DNA of 64,000 bases from Dipteris shenzhenensis (taxonomy: Eukaryota). The notes under the pieces are model-generated. The model had not been told where the DNA came from. It did not search any database and saw only the letters and a program-made list of their open reading frames with translations. Shown here one piece after another: positions 1 to 13,651 of the stretch. The translations under genes and the position numbers were made by a program. The DNA is taken from the NCBI GenBank assembly GCA_047967505.1, contig CM106538.1. The stretch is one strand, 5' to 3'. Position 1 is the first letter of the stretch. Each line of letters begins with the position of its first letter.

Positions 1-389
1 CTGTAAATAAAATGAGGGAGTGAACCATGGGGTTAGCATGGTGGGCGTAAACAGAGCTGTAACAACTTCCTTAGCTGTAAATACAGTTAGGGTGTTAGTC
101 TATTAGATCGTCGGCAGCCAACAGTGAACCATGGGGTTAGTATCGTAAGGCTGTGAGCTCTGTTAACTGTGATTTTGAGATTAAACTGGTTTAGAGTGTA
201 GAATATTTGGCTAGGCTGGAAACCACATTTTAGCAGGCATTCTCAGACAATGGAAACACTGATGGTCACTTTGATATTGAATCGTGATCTCAGGCATGAG
301 TTTTCAGGTTTAATTGATGCTTTTCCTTTTGGAGAGGGTGTTCCATCTTTTTTGAAGTTCGGATGAAAGTGTTATATGTGTGTGTGTGA

Positions 390-814
390 GAAAGAAAGAA
401 AGTCTATTAATGTCCACGGGAGACCAACAGGTCTATGGGACAGCACAAAACCAACTAACACATCAGCTTAGGGAGGTCACATGGCAGCTCCCCATAGACT
501 ACAAAAGCAGCTCTATTTATTTAGAGTAGCTACATCTAATAAAGCGTTTTTCAGCCATACATCAGTTTGACTGAGAGTCTTTTGGTTTGGATTTGAATTC
601 TTTGATAATTGCCATGCCGTCACGGTAGACTGCCCATTTAACCTTGGCTAATTCAGTCGCTTTGTTCTTCAGTTGAGCTCGTGTGAGCTCCTCTGCTATC
701 CATACCTTTGTCCCTTTCAGCTTATGTGATTGGCAGAGAATCTTGGTTCGGAGTTTACGTGTCTTGAGAGTGATGATAGCATATCCTTTGGAATGTTTGA
801 TGTTAGTTGCTACC

Positions 815-845
<31 letters not shown>

Positions 846-1850
846 TCCATTCAATGTTGGGCATGGATGCTTTGACCGGTGCTAAGGTTTCACTAAAAGA
901 GTCGTCATCCTTGTACCAATTTTCAGGAAGTCCTCCTATCCGAATCTTCAATGCGTTTTTCACATTTGGCTTCATGCTTCTTAATCTCTTCTTTAATGTT
1001 AGTTCTACTTGCTTTTGTCTCAACTTCCACACTAACTTCCTTCTTGATTGTTTGTACTTTAGTGTGAATGAAGTCTTCAACCTGTGGAGACTAGTTGAGG
1101 AGTGGGTAGGGAAGCCTTACATGCCTTCACAACTTCATCTATGATTGCTTGCTTGCCAGGCCCTTCGAAAAACTGAAGTTTAGCTGTCACAGCTGCCAAT
1201 TGCATCTTTAAGTCACGAACCTCCTGTTGTAAATAAAACATTTGCTCATGGTGACCAATGATAGGCTGATTTAAACCTCCTTTACAATATGTATGTGCAT
1301 ATGGGGAAGGCATCTTAGCTGCAACTGTGGAGCACTGTATTAGGTGGAGTCACTGCTGTATAGAGGGGGGGTGGGGATTTGGATTTTGAGGAGAGGCTAG
1401 GCCACTCCATACTGGCCATATCTGTAGGATCCCAAGCTAACTAACCCACGAGTTGGGCTAGGGATTTCAGCCCAGTTCAGGGCTAGTTCGCTGCTACTGG
1501 CGCTGCTCTGTCGAATTGTTAGGTGGATTGCCAAAGGCTAGGTAGAGTGTTGAGAGGCTAGGCGGGAGCTAAGAGCGCTGACCGGAGCTGCTTGTTGCTG
1601 AAATACGATATGGGATACGCTGAGGGCTATGCTGAAGCTGACGACGAGGCTACGCTTACGATGAGGGTATGTTGACTAAGAGGCTACAGTGGGATACACT
1701 ACGCTATGGGATGGGCTACGTTGATGGTGACAATGACGGTTGACGGCTACGTTGACGTTGACGACGAGAGCTACGCTGACGTGACAAACACTGACGATGA
1801 GGCCTATGCTGACGTGACTACGCTGACATTGACGATGATGGTGAAAACCT
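390..1850 (-). mobile_element. ORF1-only non-autonomous LINE derivative (RTE-X-like), frameshifted
   Basis: ORFs 1077-1313 and 562-1080 encode coiled-coil + ALKIRIGGLPE + LKGTKVWIAEELT..WAVYRDG, matching ORF1 of the LINE at 30.9-31.5 kb (ALNIRVRGIP..ISMDEDLT..WAVVREG); stem-loop/(TTTC)n tail at 390-441; 5' boundary approximate. Confidence 0.65.
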
Positions 1851-4800
1851 TTCGTATGAAAAGAGGAGTTCTATTGTGCAAGCTTTCAGCACCTTTTGGA
1901 ATGGTGATCAGGAAAGGTGATCTGGAATCTGGAAAGCATGAAAAAAACATGGCATTGAAGGACCATGCAAAACTGAAAAAGCTGAAAATGCCAAGTGTCC
2001 ATCCATTCCCTGCGAAAAAACCTCCTCTTTGTCGAAAACGACTTGGAAGATCCCTGCATCCTAGACCATATAGGCATCAAGGTGTGTACAATGTCTATCC
2101 ATATGCTGAATCGTCGAACTAGAAGCGATCAAGGAGCTGTCCAATATACTTGGACTGACTTATCATTATATCCCCCTCAACATATGCAAACTGTATGCCC
2201 AAATAATAGTGCAACCGGCCCATATCTGTCATGGTAAAAGACTGCTGTAAATCAGCCTTGAAATCTGCAATTTGTTCCATATCTGGCCCAGTGATATGCA
2301 TGTCATCCACATATAAAATCAGAATTAGAAATTCTGATGCACTCTTTCGGACATAAAGAGTGGCCTCTGTTGGGCTATCCTGAAAGCCACGGGCTGTCAA
2401 AAATGCATGTATCTTCACATACCATGCCTGGGGTGCCTGCTTCAAGCCATAGAGGGCTTTTCTAAGCTGGCAAACCATATTTTCAGAACCTAATTGTTCA
2501 AAACCAGGTGGCTGAGTGACATAGACCTCTTCCTGAAGATCACCATGAAGAAAGGCAGTCTTGATGTCCAGCTGATGAACCTCCCAATGTCGATGAGATG
2601 CCATAGCAATAACACACCTGATAGTAGTAATGCGTGAGGTGGGAGCAAAGGTCTCCTCAAAGTCAATGCCGTGCTACTGTGCATATCCCTTTGCAACCAA
2701 GCGGGCTTTGAGGCGGTCAACACTGCCATCAGCTTTCCTTTTCACCTTGTAGACCCACTTTGTGCCAATGGCTCGCTTGCCTGTTGGCAAGTAACACAAC
2801 TCCCAAGTGTTGTTGGCATGAATGGATTCAAGCTCAGCCTTCATGGCATCCATCCATTCCGTGCTGACAAAGGCATCCTCCTGACATAAAGTTTCCTCAT
2901 TGCAAGCAGTAGCAACCAAAGCTACATCCAAATAGTTGCCGTGCATCTGTTTATGCGCACCACTAGTGCAGGCTGGCAAAGGCTCAGCTTGTTTGCTGTC
3001 CCTGAGTGTGTCCAAAAGCCATCTCGGGACTGATTTTTGCTGTTGTATGACAGCACTCTCCTGTGCAACTGCCTGCTCAATAGCATGATCATCAACTAAA
3101 GGCATATCAAGCTGAGCAGGAACTATTGGAGGATGATGTGCACTGGTAGAAGTGTATGGCAAAACACACTGCACTGGCTGCTTTGGATCTATGGGCGACT
3201 GAAAGAGAGGCAACAATGTATCAAAGACATCTAAGGAATCAACAGTAGGCTGTTTTTTGCATTCCAGCAAAGGTAAAGGCACATTTTCAGCGAATACAAC
3301 ATCCCTATTGACAATGACCTTGCCTGTGCTGGGCTGATACAACCTGTATCCCTTGCTCTGTGCGCTATAACCAATGAATATGCACTTTACAGCTTTGTCT
3401 TCAAGCTTGTGCCTCAGCTGAGATGGCACATGAGCCAATGACCTGAAAACCTGCATATGAGAAATTTCAGGTTTGAAATCGTGCCATGCCTCATAAGGTG
3501 TGATAGTCTTCAATGCCTTTGTGGGTGCTCGATTGAGCACATAGGTGGAGCACATGATAGCATCCAACCAAAACTTATTTGGCAAATACTTTCCTTTGAG
3601 CATGCACCTACCCATTTCCATCTTTGACCGATTTTCCCTCTTAGCCAGCCCGTTCTGCTGCGGAGTATAAGGCACCGTACATTGATGAATAATACCCCAA
3701 GCTGCCAAAAAATTAAAGAATTCATGGGACATGTACTATTCCCCCCTTGTCAGTGCGTAGAGTAAGGAGCTTGTTCCCTGATTCATTTTCAGCCATGGCA
3801 AGCCAATGTCTGAAGCATGGGAACACATCAGATTTGGCCTTCATGCCATATATCCAAGCAAATCTGGTGTAGTCATCCACAAAGGTAGAAAAGTAAAGGT
3901 AGCCCCCAAGAGATACTATCCGCATCGGCCCGCACACATCACTATGCACAAGGTGAAGCTTCCTGGATGCACCAACTGTCCTATCCTTTGGAAATGAGAA
4001 ATAGTGCATTTTCCCCAACAAGCATCCCTCACAAACATGTTTAACTGATGCATGCATGGGTGGGAGAGCAACCACCATGTTTTGTGAATGCATTTTAACC
4101 AAGCTTTTGTAGTTGAGGTGACCCAACCTCGCATGCCATAAGTGGGAATCTGAAATTACAGATTTAGCCACCAAATTTGCCTCTATAGCAGGCTGTTTTT
4201 CATAAACATCAAGATGATATAGCCCAGAAGAAAGTGACCCAGTAAGTACTATGATGTCATCGTACCGGTTGTCATACACGGCACATCGATAACCATCAAA
4301 GAGAACCCGAAAGCCATTCAAGGATATGGCTGCAATGGAGATGAGGTTCTTTTTGATACCTGGGACAAACAAAACGCCCATGAGCGTGATCGTATTGCAT
4401 GAAACTGAAGTGACCTTGATTTGGCCAATCCCTTTCACGGGATATAATGCATTGTTGGCACATGTCACTGTACCACCATGTGGAGCATCCCCCAATGTGT
4501 GAAAGAGTGATATGCAAGAAGTGATGTGCTTAGAAGCACCACCACTGTTGAAGCACCAATCTGACTTAGAATCTAAGACAAACAAGGCTATAGCATGCTT
4601 CTCTAAATGGTACTGGCATGTCATCATGAAAGCCCACTCATGGTGAGCAATGTTTGCAACCTCATGACCATGATCTGGGGCAGCAGCAGTAGTAGTGACA
4701 GCAAGTCTCTTTTGCTGCTTTTTCTTTTCAGAAGCGATGCGCTTTCAACATTGAGGAATATCATGTCTTGGCTTTTGGCAGTAATTACAATGTTTGCTGT

Positions 4801-5321
4801 TTTTCTTCTTTGCATCAGACCGGGCAGAATTAGATGAGTGTCCAGCAGTAGATGAGCCTCTAGAAGGCGTGGGTTTGCTGTAATTTTGCCTGTTCTTTCC
4901 CTTATTTTTGTGATTAGCAACAAAAGCCTGATTGCAATTTGAGAAGCAGCAGTAGAAGGGAAACAAGCTGGTCGAAACTATAAGTGTTGGGATTGCCCAT
5001 GGCAACCAACCTCAATGTAGTAGCAAACCCTTGGTAGGACTCGGGAAGTTCATTGAGTGTCGTGAACACTACCTGAGCATCTGAAATAATTTCATCCACA
5101 TTGATGAGCTGCTCTTGAGAATCCTTGATTTTTGTGATATGCATCCATGCTGTCCCCCTCTTCCATTTTGACATTCTCCAATTGCTTGCGTAAGAAAGCA
5201 ACACCTGCCTCATTGCGAACCTGGTAAAGGTGAGCCAAGATGTCCCACGCAGACTTTGATGTTTTGCAAGACCAAATGTGAGGAATGATATGTCTCTTGA
5301 CTGAAAAAGCAATGATAGAAT

Positions 5322-8300
5322 TGTTAGAAAATTACCCAACAGAGGGTACACGCAGCGGAAGACTTATAGTAATGCCGAGGAGCTCACACAGTGTGCAGTG
5401 TGGGTGTGGAATCACAAACTTCTTTCTTTATGTGCATACAATAGGTGTGCAGACTCATCAATAGACAATGAACCAACCAGATAGAGAAACCACCAAAATA
5501 TATATTTCCGTCCACAACTATGGACACAATACAAAAGAGACAGATCCAGAGTCCCACCAATGGTGTGGTCCTCTGATCTTACCACAAGGTCCTTCTCCTA
5601 TCTGCTGGCTATCTCTAGACTCGAGTCTGCGTGCTCCACCTCTGTAGACTTTCCGTCCAGATCCCTTCCACCTTGCTGTCTTTGCACCAGCCTAGGTGGG
5701 CAGCACTCTGAGCTAGGTCTGCAGCTCTACAGCTCTCTTGTCACCTTCTGGATAGAGACCCACAAGTGGCTGATCTGCTGCTCCTGCTGCTCCCTGAACT
5801 GCTGCACCAAGTGATGTGAAATGAGGCCTAGGGCCTCTCCTTTCATAGGCCCCAAGGGGGCTGGCAAAAAACCGACCAGCCTGTTACAGACTGGCCGACC
5901 AGACTGGCCGACCAGTCTGTGGCTGGTCCAGCCGTAAAAGGGCACACACCCCAGGGCTTTTGCCCCAAACTTTCAGGGTCCTTTGGCCCTCCATTCAAGG
6001 CAGGTATCCAGCCTATAAAAGGCCTGCCTCCTGCCTACTGACAGCCACATTTCCTGCTGCATATCTGGGCCTGCACATCCTGCCATATTTGTGCCTCTGC
6101 CAGGCCCTCTTCCCAGCCACGTGTCCTGCGCCGTACACTTCTGATGTCATCGCGCCCTGCCAGGTCAGATCTAGGGCTTGCTGTCCCCGCCTTCTGCTCC
6201 TTCCACAGGTTCCGCCCTTTGCAGCCTTCTTCTCTTGTGAGGTGCTGCCCATGTGGCAGCCCCCTCTCTCTTTTTTCTCTCTTGGGCACATCCTGCCCTA
6301 GGTCTCCCTCCCCCACGCACTCCTCATTTGGGGGCTTACAGATGGGGAGGTGACCTTTCCAACACCCCCTCTCACCGACACATCTCAGCCCAATGCCAAC
6401 ACGTCGATGACGATGCTCCAGTAACTCCCTGGTCGTAGTCCTCTGGAACTCTTCGATGTCGAAATCTTTTCTTGGCTTTTCATCTAGTGGCTCCTGCTCC
6501 ACCAGGTCCGGTTCCGCTTCCACACACCATCTTGGTACACAGGTCCATCTTTGGTAGCACCTCCTGGTACCACCTCCTTCAGTCACGTTCCCGCCTCTGA
6601 ACTCGAGCAATCCAGTTGTCACGATCTTCCAGTGGTCCCCCTCATAATGAGTGAACAACCTGGAGTCTTCCAGGTACCATGCTCTGAGGGTCTGTTCCAA
6701 CCCGTCCTTCCTTTGGCAAGGTCTGCAACCAATGAATATTTCCAGATAACCTGGACCATGAACTCTCGCTGAGTTCTCAAGCAGGTACTCTTCTGGCTTC
6801 AGTACTCTTTGTCCATCACCTTCTAGCAATTTGCGTCCAAGATTTGAAGAAGCACCAATACTTCCCCTTCTGCCTTCGAAGAAGGCCAATTCCTTCCAAT
6901 CTCTTATCACCTGAGACAAATGAAGAGCAGAGTCTCTCCATAGCATGCTATAAAGGCTCAAATGCAGAATATCAAATACATACCAGACTGTTGTACTGCC
7001 TGAATGTTCGCTCTGAAAGCAAACTTTCATTGAGGCACCCACCAAGCGCTTGTGTAATCCTGTACTGTCCCCTTCTGAACTCCAGCATCCATCTGACCAT
7101 GAGACCCCAGGCCTTCCATGGAATCCACCCTCGTGTCAGTGTCAACAGCCACACACCTGGAAGGTACCAAGCGCTCCATGCTGTCCTTCACCTTCACAAA
7201 AGCATCTGACTCCTCGTCGACCCACATCTCTATGTCAGACTATGATTTCTGGATCAACATATCTGACCTCGGTAACACTCGGTGATGTCACGAGGAACAA
7301 CTCTTCGATTACCACATTTGCTTTGGCCTTTCCCTCTGAATCTGAGTCAGACTCCTTTTTGTTTTTCAGATCCGCCTTTTTCTTTCTGCAGTCCTTTGCA
7401 AAATGTCCGGGCGTATCACAATAGAAACACTTCTTCTTGTGCTTTCTCTTCGAAGTCCCCTCGTTGTCAGAGTCGTCTTTATTGGACTTGCCACCGTTAG
7501 GCTTGCCCTTTTCTTTGCCAGCGGAATCCTTCACCAGCATCGCCTTGTCGTCTTTGTCCTCGCTGTAGAGCTTCTCCCGAGCTTCCTCCTGTAGCAGTAA
7601 TGGACACAACTCCTCAAACGTCAGAGGTTTGGTCCTCTGTCCTGCTGTCACAGTTGTAACAAAGCTCTTGAAACTCCGAGGCAGTCTCCTCAGTACCATC
7701 AAGGCCAAATGGCATGAGTCTGTCTTCTGACCAATTGCTGCTAGCTGATCCCTCACCACCTTGACCTTCATCAAATGGCCATGTACCGTATCTCCTTCTT
7801 CCATATCAAGATTGTAGAGTTGATGCTGAAGAAGCACGATCTGGGAGGTATTGTCTGTCTCGTACAGATCTTTCAGGGTGGCCCACGCCTCTACTGACGT
7901 CTCGGCCAGTTGGATATGCGGAAGAACGGAGTCCGCTGTAGTCCCTATGATTATTGCCAGGGCATGGGCATCTCTTTCTTCCCAAGCTTCAAGCTCCTCT
8001 CTGCCTACTGCCATGAGTACCTCCCCTTTACTGTCCACCATGTCCTCCGGCTTCAACTCCTCTCCCGTGGTCAGCTTCCACAACTTATGAGCCACTAAAT
8101 GACTCCGGATCTTCACTTTCCAGATCGGAAAATTAGTCCTGTCCGGGTTCCCAGACTCCCAAAATTAGGGATAGTGAAAGAGAGAAAACTGGGGGAGGAG
8201 GAAGGGAAAGTAGGGGCTGAAGAGGCTGTAGAGGTCGACATCTCTGCTGTTTATACCACACAGCAAAGTCAACCAAACTCAATTTCAGTAAACCAGAGCT

Positions 8301-9506
8301 CTGAACGCACCTGACTGAACGTGAGTCACCCTCCTTATCGCAAGGGCACAATCCTCCAGTCGTGGAAGTCGATTCCCTAGAGCTTCTGAATCAGGGTCGT
8401 CCTTCAGCAAGGTCCCTGCCTTCAGGCTCCCACACCTGTGAGCCTCCTACTTGGGCTCTGATACCATGTTAGAAAATACCCAACAGAGGGTACACGCAGT
8501 GGAAGATTTATAGTAATGCCCAGGAGCTCACACAGTGTGCGGTGTGGGTGCGGAATCACAAACTTCTTTCTTTATGTGCATACAATAGGTGTGCAAACTC
8601 ATCAATAGACAATGAACCAACCAGATAGAGAAACCACCAAAATATATATTTTCGTCCACAACTATGGGCACAATACAAAAGAGACAGATCCAGAGTCCCA
8701 CCAATAGTGTGGTCCTCTGATCTTACGACAAGGTCCTTCTCCTCTCTGCTGGCTATCTCTAGACTCGAGTCCGCGTGCTCCACCTCGAGCTTCTGTAGAC
8801 TTTCCGTCCAGATCCCTTCCACCTTGCTGTCTTTGCACCAGCCTAGGTGGGCAGCACTCTGAGCTAGGTCTGCAGCTCTACAGCTCTCTTGTCACCTTCT
8901 GGATAGAGACCCACAAGTGGCTGATCTGCTGCTCCCTGAACTGCCGCACCAAGTGATGTGAAATGAGGCCCAGGGCCTCTCCTTTTATAGGCCCCAAGGG
9001 GGCTGGCAAAAAACCGACCAGCCTGTTACAGACTGGCTGACCAGACTGGCTGACCAGTCTGTGGCTGGTCCAGCCCTAAAAGGGCACACACCCCAGGGCT
9101 TTTGCCCTAAATTTTCAGGGTCCTTTGGCCCTCCATTCAAGGCAGGTATCCAGCCTATAAAAGGCCTGCCTCCTGCCCACTGACAGCCACATTTCCTGCT
9201 GCATATCTGGGCCTGCACATCCTGCCATATCTGTGCCTCTGCCAGGCCCTCTTCCCAGCCACGTGTCCTGCGCCGTACACTGCTGATGTCATCGCGCCCT
9301 GCCAGGTCAGATCTAGGGCTTGCTGTCCCCGCCTTCTGCTCCTTCCACAGGTTCCGCCCTTTGCAGCCTTCTTCTCTTGTGAGGTGCTGCCCATGTGGCA
9401 GCCCCCTCTCTCTTTCTTCTCTCTTGGGCACATCCTGCCCTAGGTCTCCCTCCCCCACGCACTCCTCATTTGGGGGCTTACAGATGGGGAGGTGACCTTT
9501 CCAACA
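5322..9506 (-). mobile_element. Complete gag-only copia-type LTR element (TR-GAG-like), 4185 bp
   Basis: LTRs 5322-6364 and 8467-9506 (TG..CA); PBS tggtatcagagccca at 8452-8466; PPT gagaggggg at 6365-6373; perfect 5-bp TSD AGAAT (5317-5321 / 9507-9511); 2.1 kb internal region. Confidence 0.92.
7235..8116 (-). CDS. copia-type Gag (UBN2-like + CCHC knuckle CFYCDTPGHFAKDC) of the gag-only element
   Basis: 293-aa open ORF with AWATLKDLY, LRRLPRSF and zinc knuckle; true start may lie slightly upstream. Confidence 0.85.
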   Translation of the reverse strand: MKIRSHLVAHKLWKLTTGEELKPEDMVDSKGEVLMAVGREELEAWEERDAHALAIIIGTTADSVLPHIQLAETSVEAWATLKDLYETDNTSQIVLLQHQLYNLDMEEGDTVHGHLMKVKVVRDQLAAIGQKTDSCHLALMVLRRLPRSFKSFVTTVTAGQRTKPLTFEELCPLLLQEEAREKLYSEDKDDKAMLVKDSAGKEKGKPNGGKSNKDDSDNEGTSKRKHKKKCFYCDTPGHFAKDCRKKKADLKNKKESDSDSEGKAKANVVIEELFLVTSPSVTEVRYVDPEIIV

Positions 9507-12323
9507 AGAATGTGCTTGGGCATCTCTACCATTCCATCTGGCCTGTTCCGGTGTAGGTGGTGTGGCTGGAGTAGTAGTAGATCCAGAGGTGGCTGTAACA
9601 GCTGCACCAGCGGTGGTAGTAGATCGAGAAGTGGCTGTAGTAGTTGCACCAGCTATAGCAATAGCAGAAGTGGATGCCACAGAGGAAGGTCGAAGATCCG
9701 ATCTTGAGACAATACCCCAAAATTTTTTGGCAACCAGCAAATGTTTCACCATGTATGACCACATGGGATAACTGGGTCCATCGCGCTTGTCCTCAGCTGA
9801 GAACATACCCATCCATTGGTTGCCTCCAATGGCAAAAATAAATCTCTGAAGGAAAAATGTGCGCTCAAGAGTAGTCTCAAGGCTTTCATTGCAAAATGAG
9901 CTGGCTGTTCAAAAATGACAGCAAATGTCAAGAAGTGACAAACCAAAAATTGATTGCTCAAACAATGAGCTAAATGCACGCGCTGTCCCGAAAAATATGA
10001 CCTGCAAAACAATATCTGTCCGGTCACCCTTGCCAAAGATACCTGTCTTGCAAAAATATCAGCCCAAAACAAGGGGCAAATGTCTGCAAATGTATCCAAT
10101 GATCAATTGAGCTGTAAATGTCCAAGATGGAGGCTGCGTGCCTCAAATCTGACAAGACAAGCAGCCCAAATCAAGGGGCAAATGCATAATATTCCCAAAT
10201 TGAGGTGAATAAAGCAAATGTCATTGCAATGGACAACCAATCTGGCAAAAGCCCCAAAATCTGAGAGGGCAAATATGCCAAAAAGAGGGCAAATTGGGAA
10301 ACGCCCCAAATTGTGCTGCAAGTTGCAAATGTTATTCAATGTGCTGCAATTCCAAAACAATGTCAATGTTCTTGCATGCCAATGTCTACCAAATGCCGAA
10401 AATTGGCTGTACCAAGCCAATGTCACTGCAACAAAATTGACAAAACCCCCAATCTGGAAGGGCAAAACTGTCAAATTTGGGGCAAATGACCAAAAGCCCC
10501 AAATTTTGCTAAAATAAAGCAAATGTGACAAAATAACCTGCAAATCTAAAAATATCCCGCAATCTATCAGCAATAGATCCAAAATCCCCGGTGTCAGAGT
10601 GGAAATGAAGTTACAATAGGGCAAAAGCCCCAAAATGTGACCAAAAGGGGCAAATGTCATTGCAAAATCTCAAAATCACCTCAATGTCACTGCAATGTAT
10701 ACAAGAGGGTGAAAAGCTTCAAATCCAACTGTACCAGGCAGATCTGAGTCAAGAGGGAGAGAATCCCAGCCAAATGGTGCTAGAGCAGGTTGGAGCACCT
10801 GGAGGAAGGCCCGAATGACTGAAAAGAGTCCATATATGAGCACAAAACCTCCCAAAATTGTTCAAAAATGCTCGAAATCAACTTTTGACAAGTCGTATGG
10901 ATTCTAGACAGTTTCGCGTACCTGTCCGCACAGGTTTGTACGGCCGTATGGATGCCCGTACAACTATACGGGCATCCGTCGAGATGGTGCGGGACAGGGT
11001 CGTTTGTATGCGGACAGCTCAGAAATTTCAGAAAACGTTGAAATCGGACCTCAAAAAGTTAAAAAGCAGTTGCTGGACTGTTTTTAAGCTCAAAAAACAG
11101 GTTTCTAGCGATGAAATGAGGCACCGGACTGAGTTGGAGCAAAATGGCAGGTATGAGCAATGGGAGAGCATGAGGGAAGGCAGGTAGAAGCAAGAGAACC
11201 TACTCTGATACCAGTGTTGGGTGTAGGAAGCAAACAACAAGCTGGAGCAAAATGTAGTACTGCTCAAATGGATAAGAGGAAAATACAAAGGGTGGCCTAT
11301 ATGGCCCCCAAGTCAACCATATGGTTGACCAGAGAAGTCAACTCATAGAGTTGACCTGACCTACAAGGCTCATACCAAGGCTAAGTGCTAACAATGTCGA
11401 CAGTTGTGCTTGTTGATAACATAGCAAGCTTCATCCAGGTGGATTAGATGAGGCATGACTGACTTGGAATTTTGTTACATAATATTTGTGATTTGTACTA
11501 ACTCCAAGGCTAATCATTGGTTCTGAATCTATCTTTATTCCAAGAAACATGTGATGTTGCAATGCTTTGGGAATTCTGAGAATTGCAGCTTTGATTGATT
11601 TTTCTCCATTTTAAAGTGGAATTTTGGATTTACTGTTTCAAGATGAGTAGCATATACAACACAAGAATGACAGAAAGCACGGGTTCGGAATTGCAATTAT
11701 GAAAGAGGCTTATTATATTAGATCACAGTTGTTTGAGATGCCATGCAATTTTTTTTTTCAAGAATGAGATGCCATGTAATTTTCAGATCTCAACCATTGA
11801 AATTTCTGTCCTTGAGGAACACTAATATCGTAGTTGCAAATGTTGTAATTTGCCTTTCGACAGGGTGACCTCATTAGGACAAATGCTAGGTCGTGGGTAA
11901 TTTGGTGTGTGTTATCTAAATCCATGCTTCAATATTATTTTGATTCATGTGAAAGTAGGAAACTAGCATGGAGATTAAAGGTCCCCATGATCTTTAACAA
12001 TCACATATATAGTATGAAGATGGTGGTAGGGGAGGGAGGCAATTACTCGGGACATAAAATCTCTGAGGCCACCAAGCTTACAAAGAGTGGAATTTCTTTT
12101 TTGAAATCTACAAAAGCTAGACATTTGTTGGGATAGGATGTCAAATCTCAAGATAGATTGGAGGAGGTGTACCATCTAGTTTATTGAACATGGACACGAG
12201 ATGGCTCTTTCATACCTGTGGAATCCACTTTTTTGAAGACCATCTTTAAAGCATTAGCCCATTCATGCAATTAGCCTTGTAATCATTAGAATGGACATGT
12301 TTAAGGGGACAAGTTTTTGAGGA

Positions 12324-13589
12324 TCACCACGACTCCCTGAACACTAAGTGGCTCCGAACCTTCATGTCCCACAATGGGTACTGGGTCTCCTCGAGCTTGC
12401 CTGCCTCACTACAATTTGCGATTTGGTATCTGTTGGCCATGATAATGAATGAAATACGACAAAAAGGGTTTAAGAGTGTTGCACACTTGTTTGAACTTGA
12501 GCCTCCCACCTGGGGACAATCCTTAGGTGCCTGCCTGAACCGAGCCTCGCTCTTGGGTACAATCCTTTAGACACCGAAGCTAATGTCTCTGAGCAATGAA
12601 TCAAGGTTGTCCATCAGAAAGGGCCTTGCCTTCAAGCTCCACTTCTGAGAATTTCCGTCAGAGATCTGATACCATTTTAGAAAATGAAATCCCACCAGAG
12701 GGTATCCTGCAGCGGAAGACTGAAAGATTAGCCCAAGAATTACACGTGGAAGTGTTTCGCTAAGGAATCAAGCTTCATCAAGTGTGTATACTTCACAACC
12801 ATTCATGTGTGCAGACTAGCAAATAGACTGTGCTCAAAGACAATATAGAAGCAACTCTTATATGTTTTCGTCCGTCCACAAACTGGACAAGATACATCAC
12901 CAAAAGATTCTCCTACTGTATGCCTGGCACCTATAGATCTCTGAGCCCACGTGCTCCAGTGAGCGTATGTAGATTCTTTGTCCAAAGGATCCCTTCGAGC
13001 TTGCTGTCTAGAAACTCAGCTCCTTGAGCTAAGTCTACATCCCTCTGCAGGTCACCTTCACCTCTGGTGTATAGGCCCAAGGATGGCCCTCTTGCTGCTC
13101 CTCCTTACTCTTGGATTGCTGTTCCAAGTGATGTGGCCTCCTTTATAGGGCTCAAGGCCCAGCCAACTTGACATACCCATGAGCCTCTTCCTAGCCAACT
13201 CAGCCTGCCCCTACCAGCCGACTGGCTTGGGGAGGCTATAAATAGCCCCTAGGGCTTAGTTCCTTGTTTTGATTGGCCTTGCTTGGCCACATGGCTTCCA
13301 GCCATTGGCCAAGGCAGTTCTACCCTTTAAGCTTTGCCCCAAACCTGCCCATAGGGTTCCTAGTGCATTTCTGTCCTCTCCATGTGTGGACAGCATCTGG
13401 ATCTAGATCTGCCCTCCATGGTGGATCTCCTTTGCCAGGTACTTCCATATTCTCTTTGCTGCCCACATGACAGCTCACGTGCTGCCCATATGGGCCTATG
13501 CCTATTACTACTATTCTATGGTCCACCCCCCCGATGCACTCCTCATATGGGGGCTCACAAGTGGGGAGGTGACTAGTCCGATTTCAACA
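12324..13589 (-). mobile_element. Truncated relative of the gag-only family: 5' LTR + PBS + gag start
   Basis: 12675-13589 resembles the 5322/8467 LTRs at both ends (agagggta..gcagcggaagac; cactcctcat..ggggct.aca..tggggaggtgac..caaca); PBS tggtatcaga at 12665-12674; YPLWDMKVRSHLV matches MKIRSHLV. Confidence 0.8.
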
Positions 13590-13651
13590 TGATGCCCATT
13601 GCTATGAAGTAAAGTCTAAAAATCAAAGAATCTCAATCGCATTTATCAAGC

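Larger units (their letters stand above)
2119..11393 (-). mobile_element. Ty1/copia retrotransposon, decayed, 3'-truncated in RT, gag interrupted by nested element
   Basis: Putative short 5' LTR 11215-11393 (TGTT..AACA), Met-i PBS tggtatcagag (11203-11213); gag N-term 9507-9812 resumes at 5321; CCHC knuckle; protease WCFNSG, GAG-pre-integrase, integrase (VHSDVCGP, TFVDD, PQQNG), RT (QLDIKTAFLHG, LYGLKQAP, LYVDD); no 3' LTR seen. Confidence 0.9.

Noticed and set aside
1706-2122. 138-aa plus-strand ORF
   Set aside because: Derived from a low-complexity gctgacg/tgacg repeat and a TE junction; no domain.
6035-7045. 336-aa ORF as an extra (env-like) gene
   Set aside because: It runs across the PPT into the LTR, has a non-ATG start and no recognisable domain; probably fortuitous or decayed pol.
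8985-9812. 275-aa ORF as a gene
   Set aside because: Chimera of the copia gag N-terminus reading into the inserted LTR at 9506.
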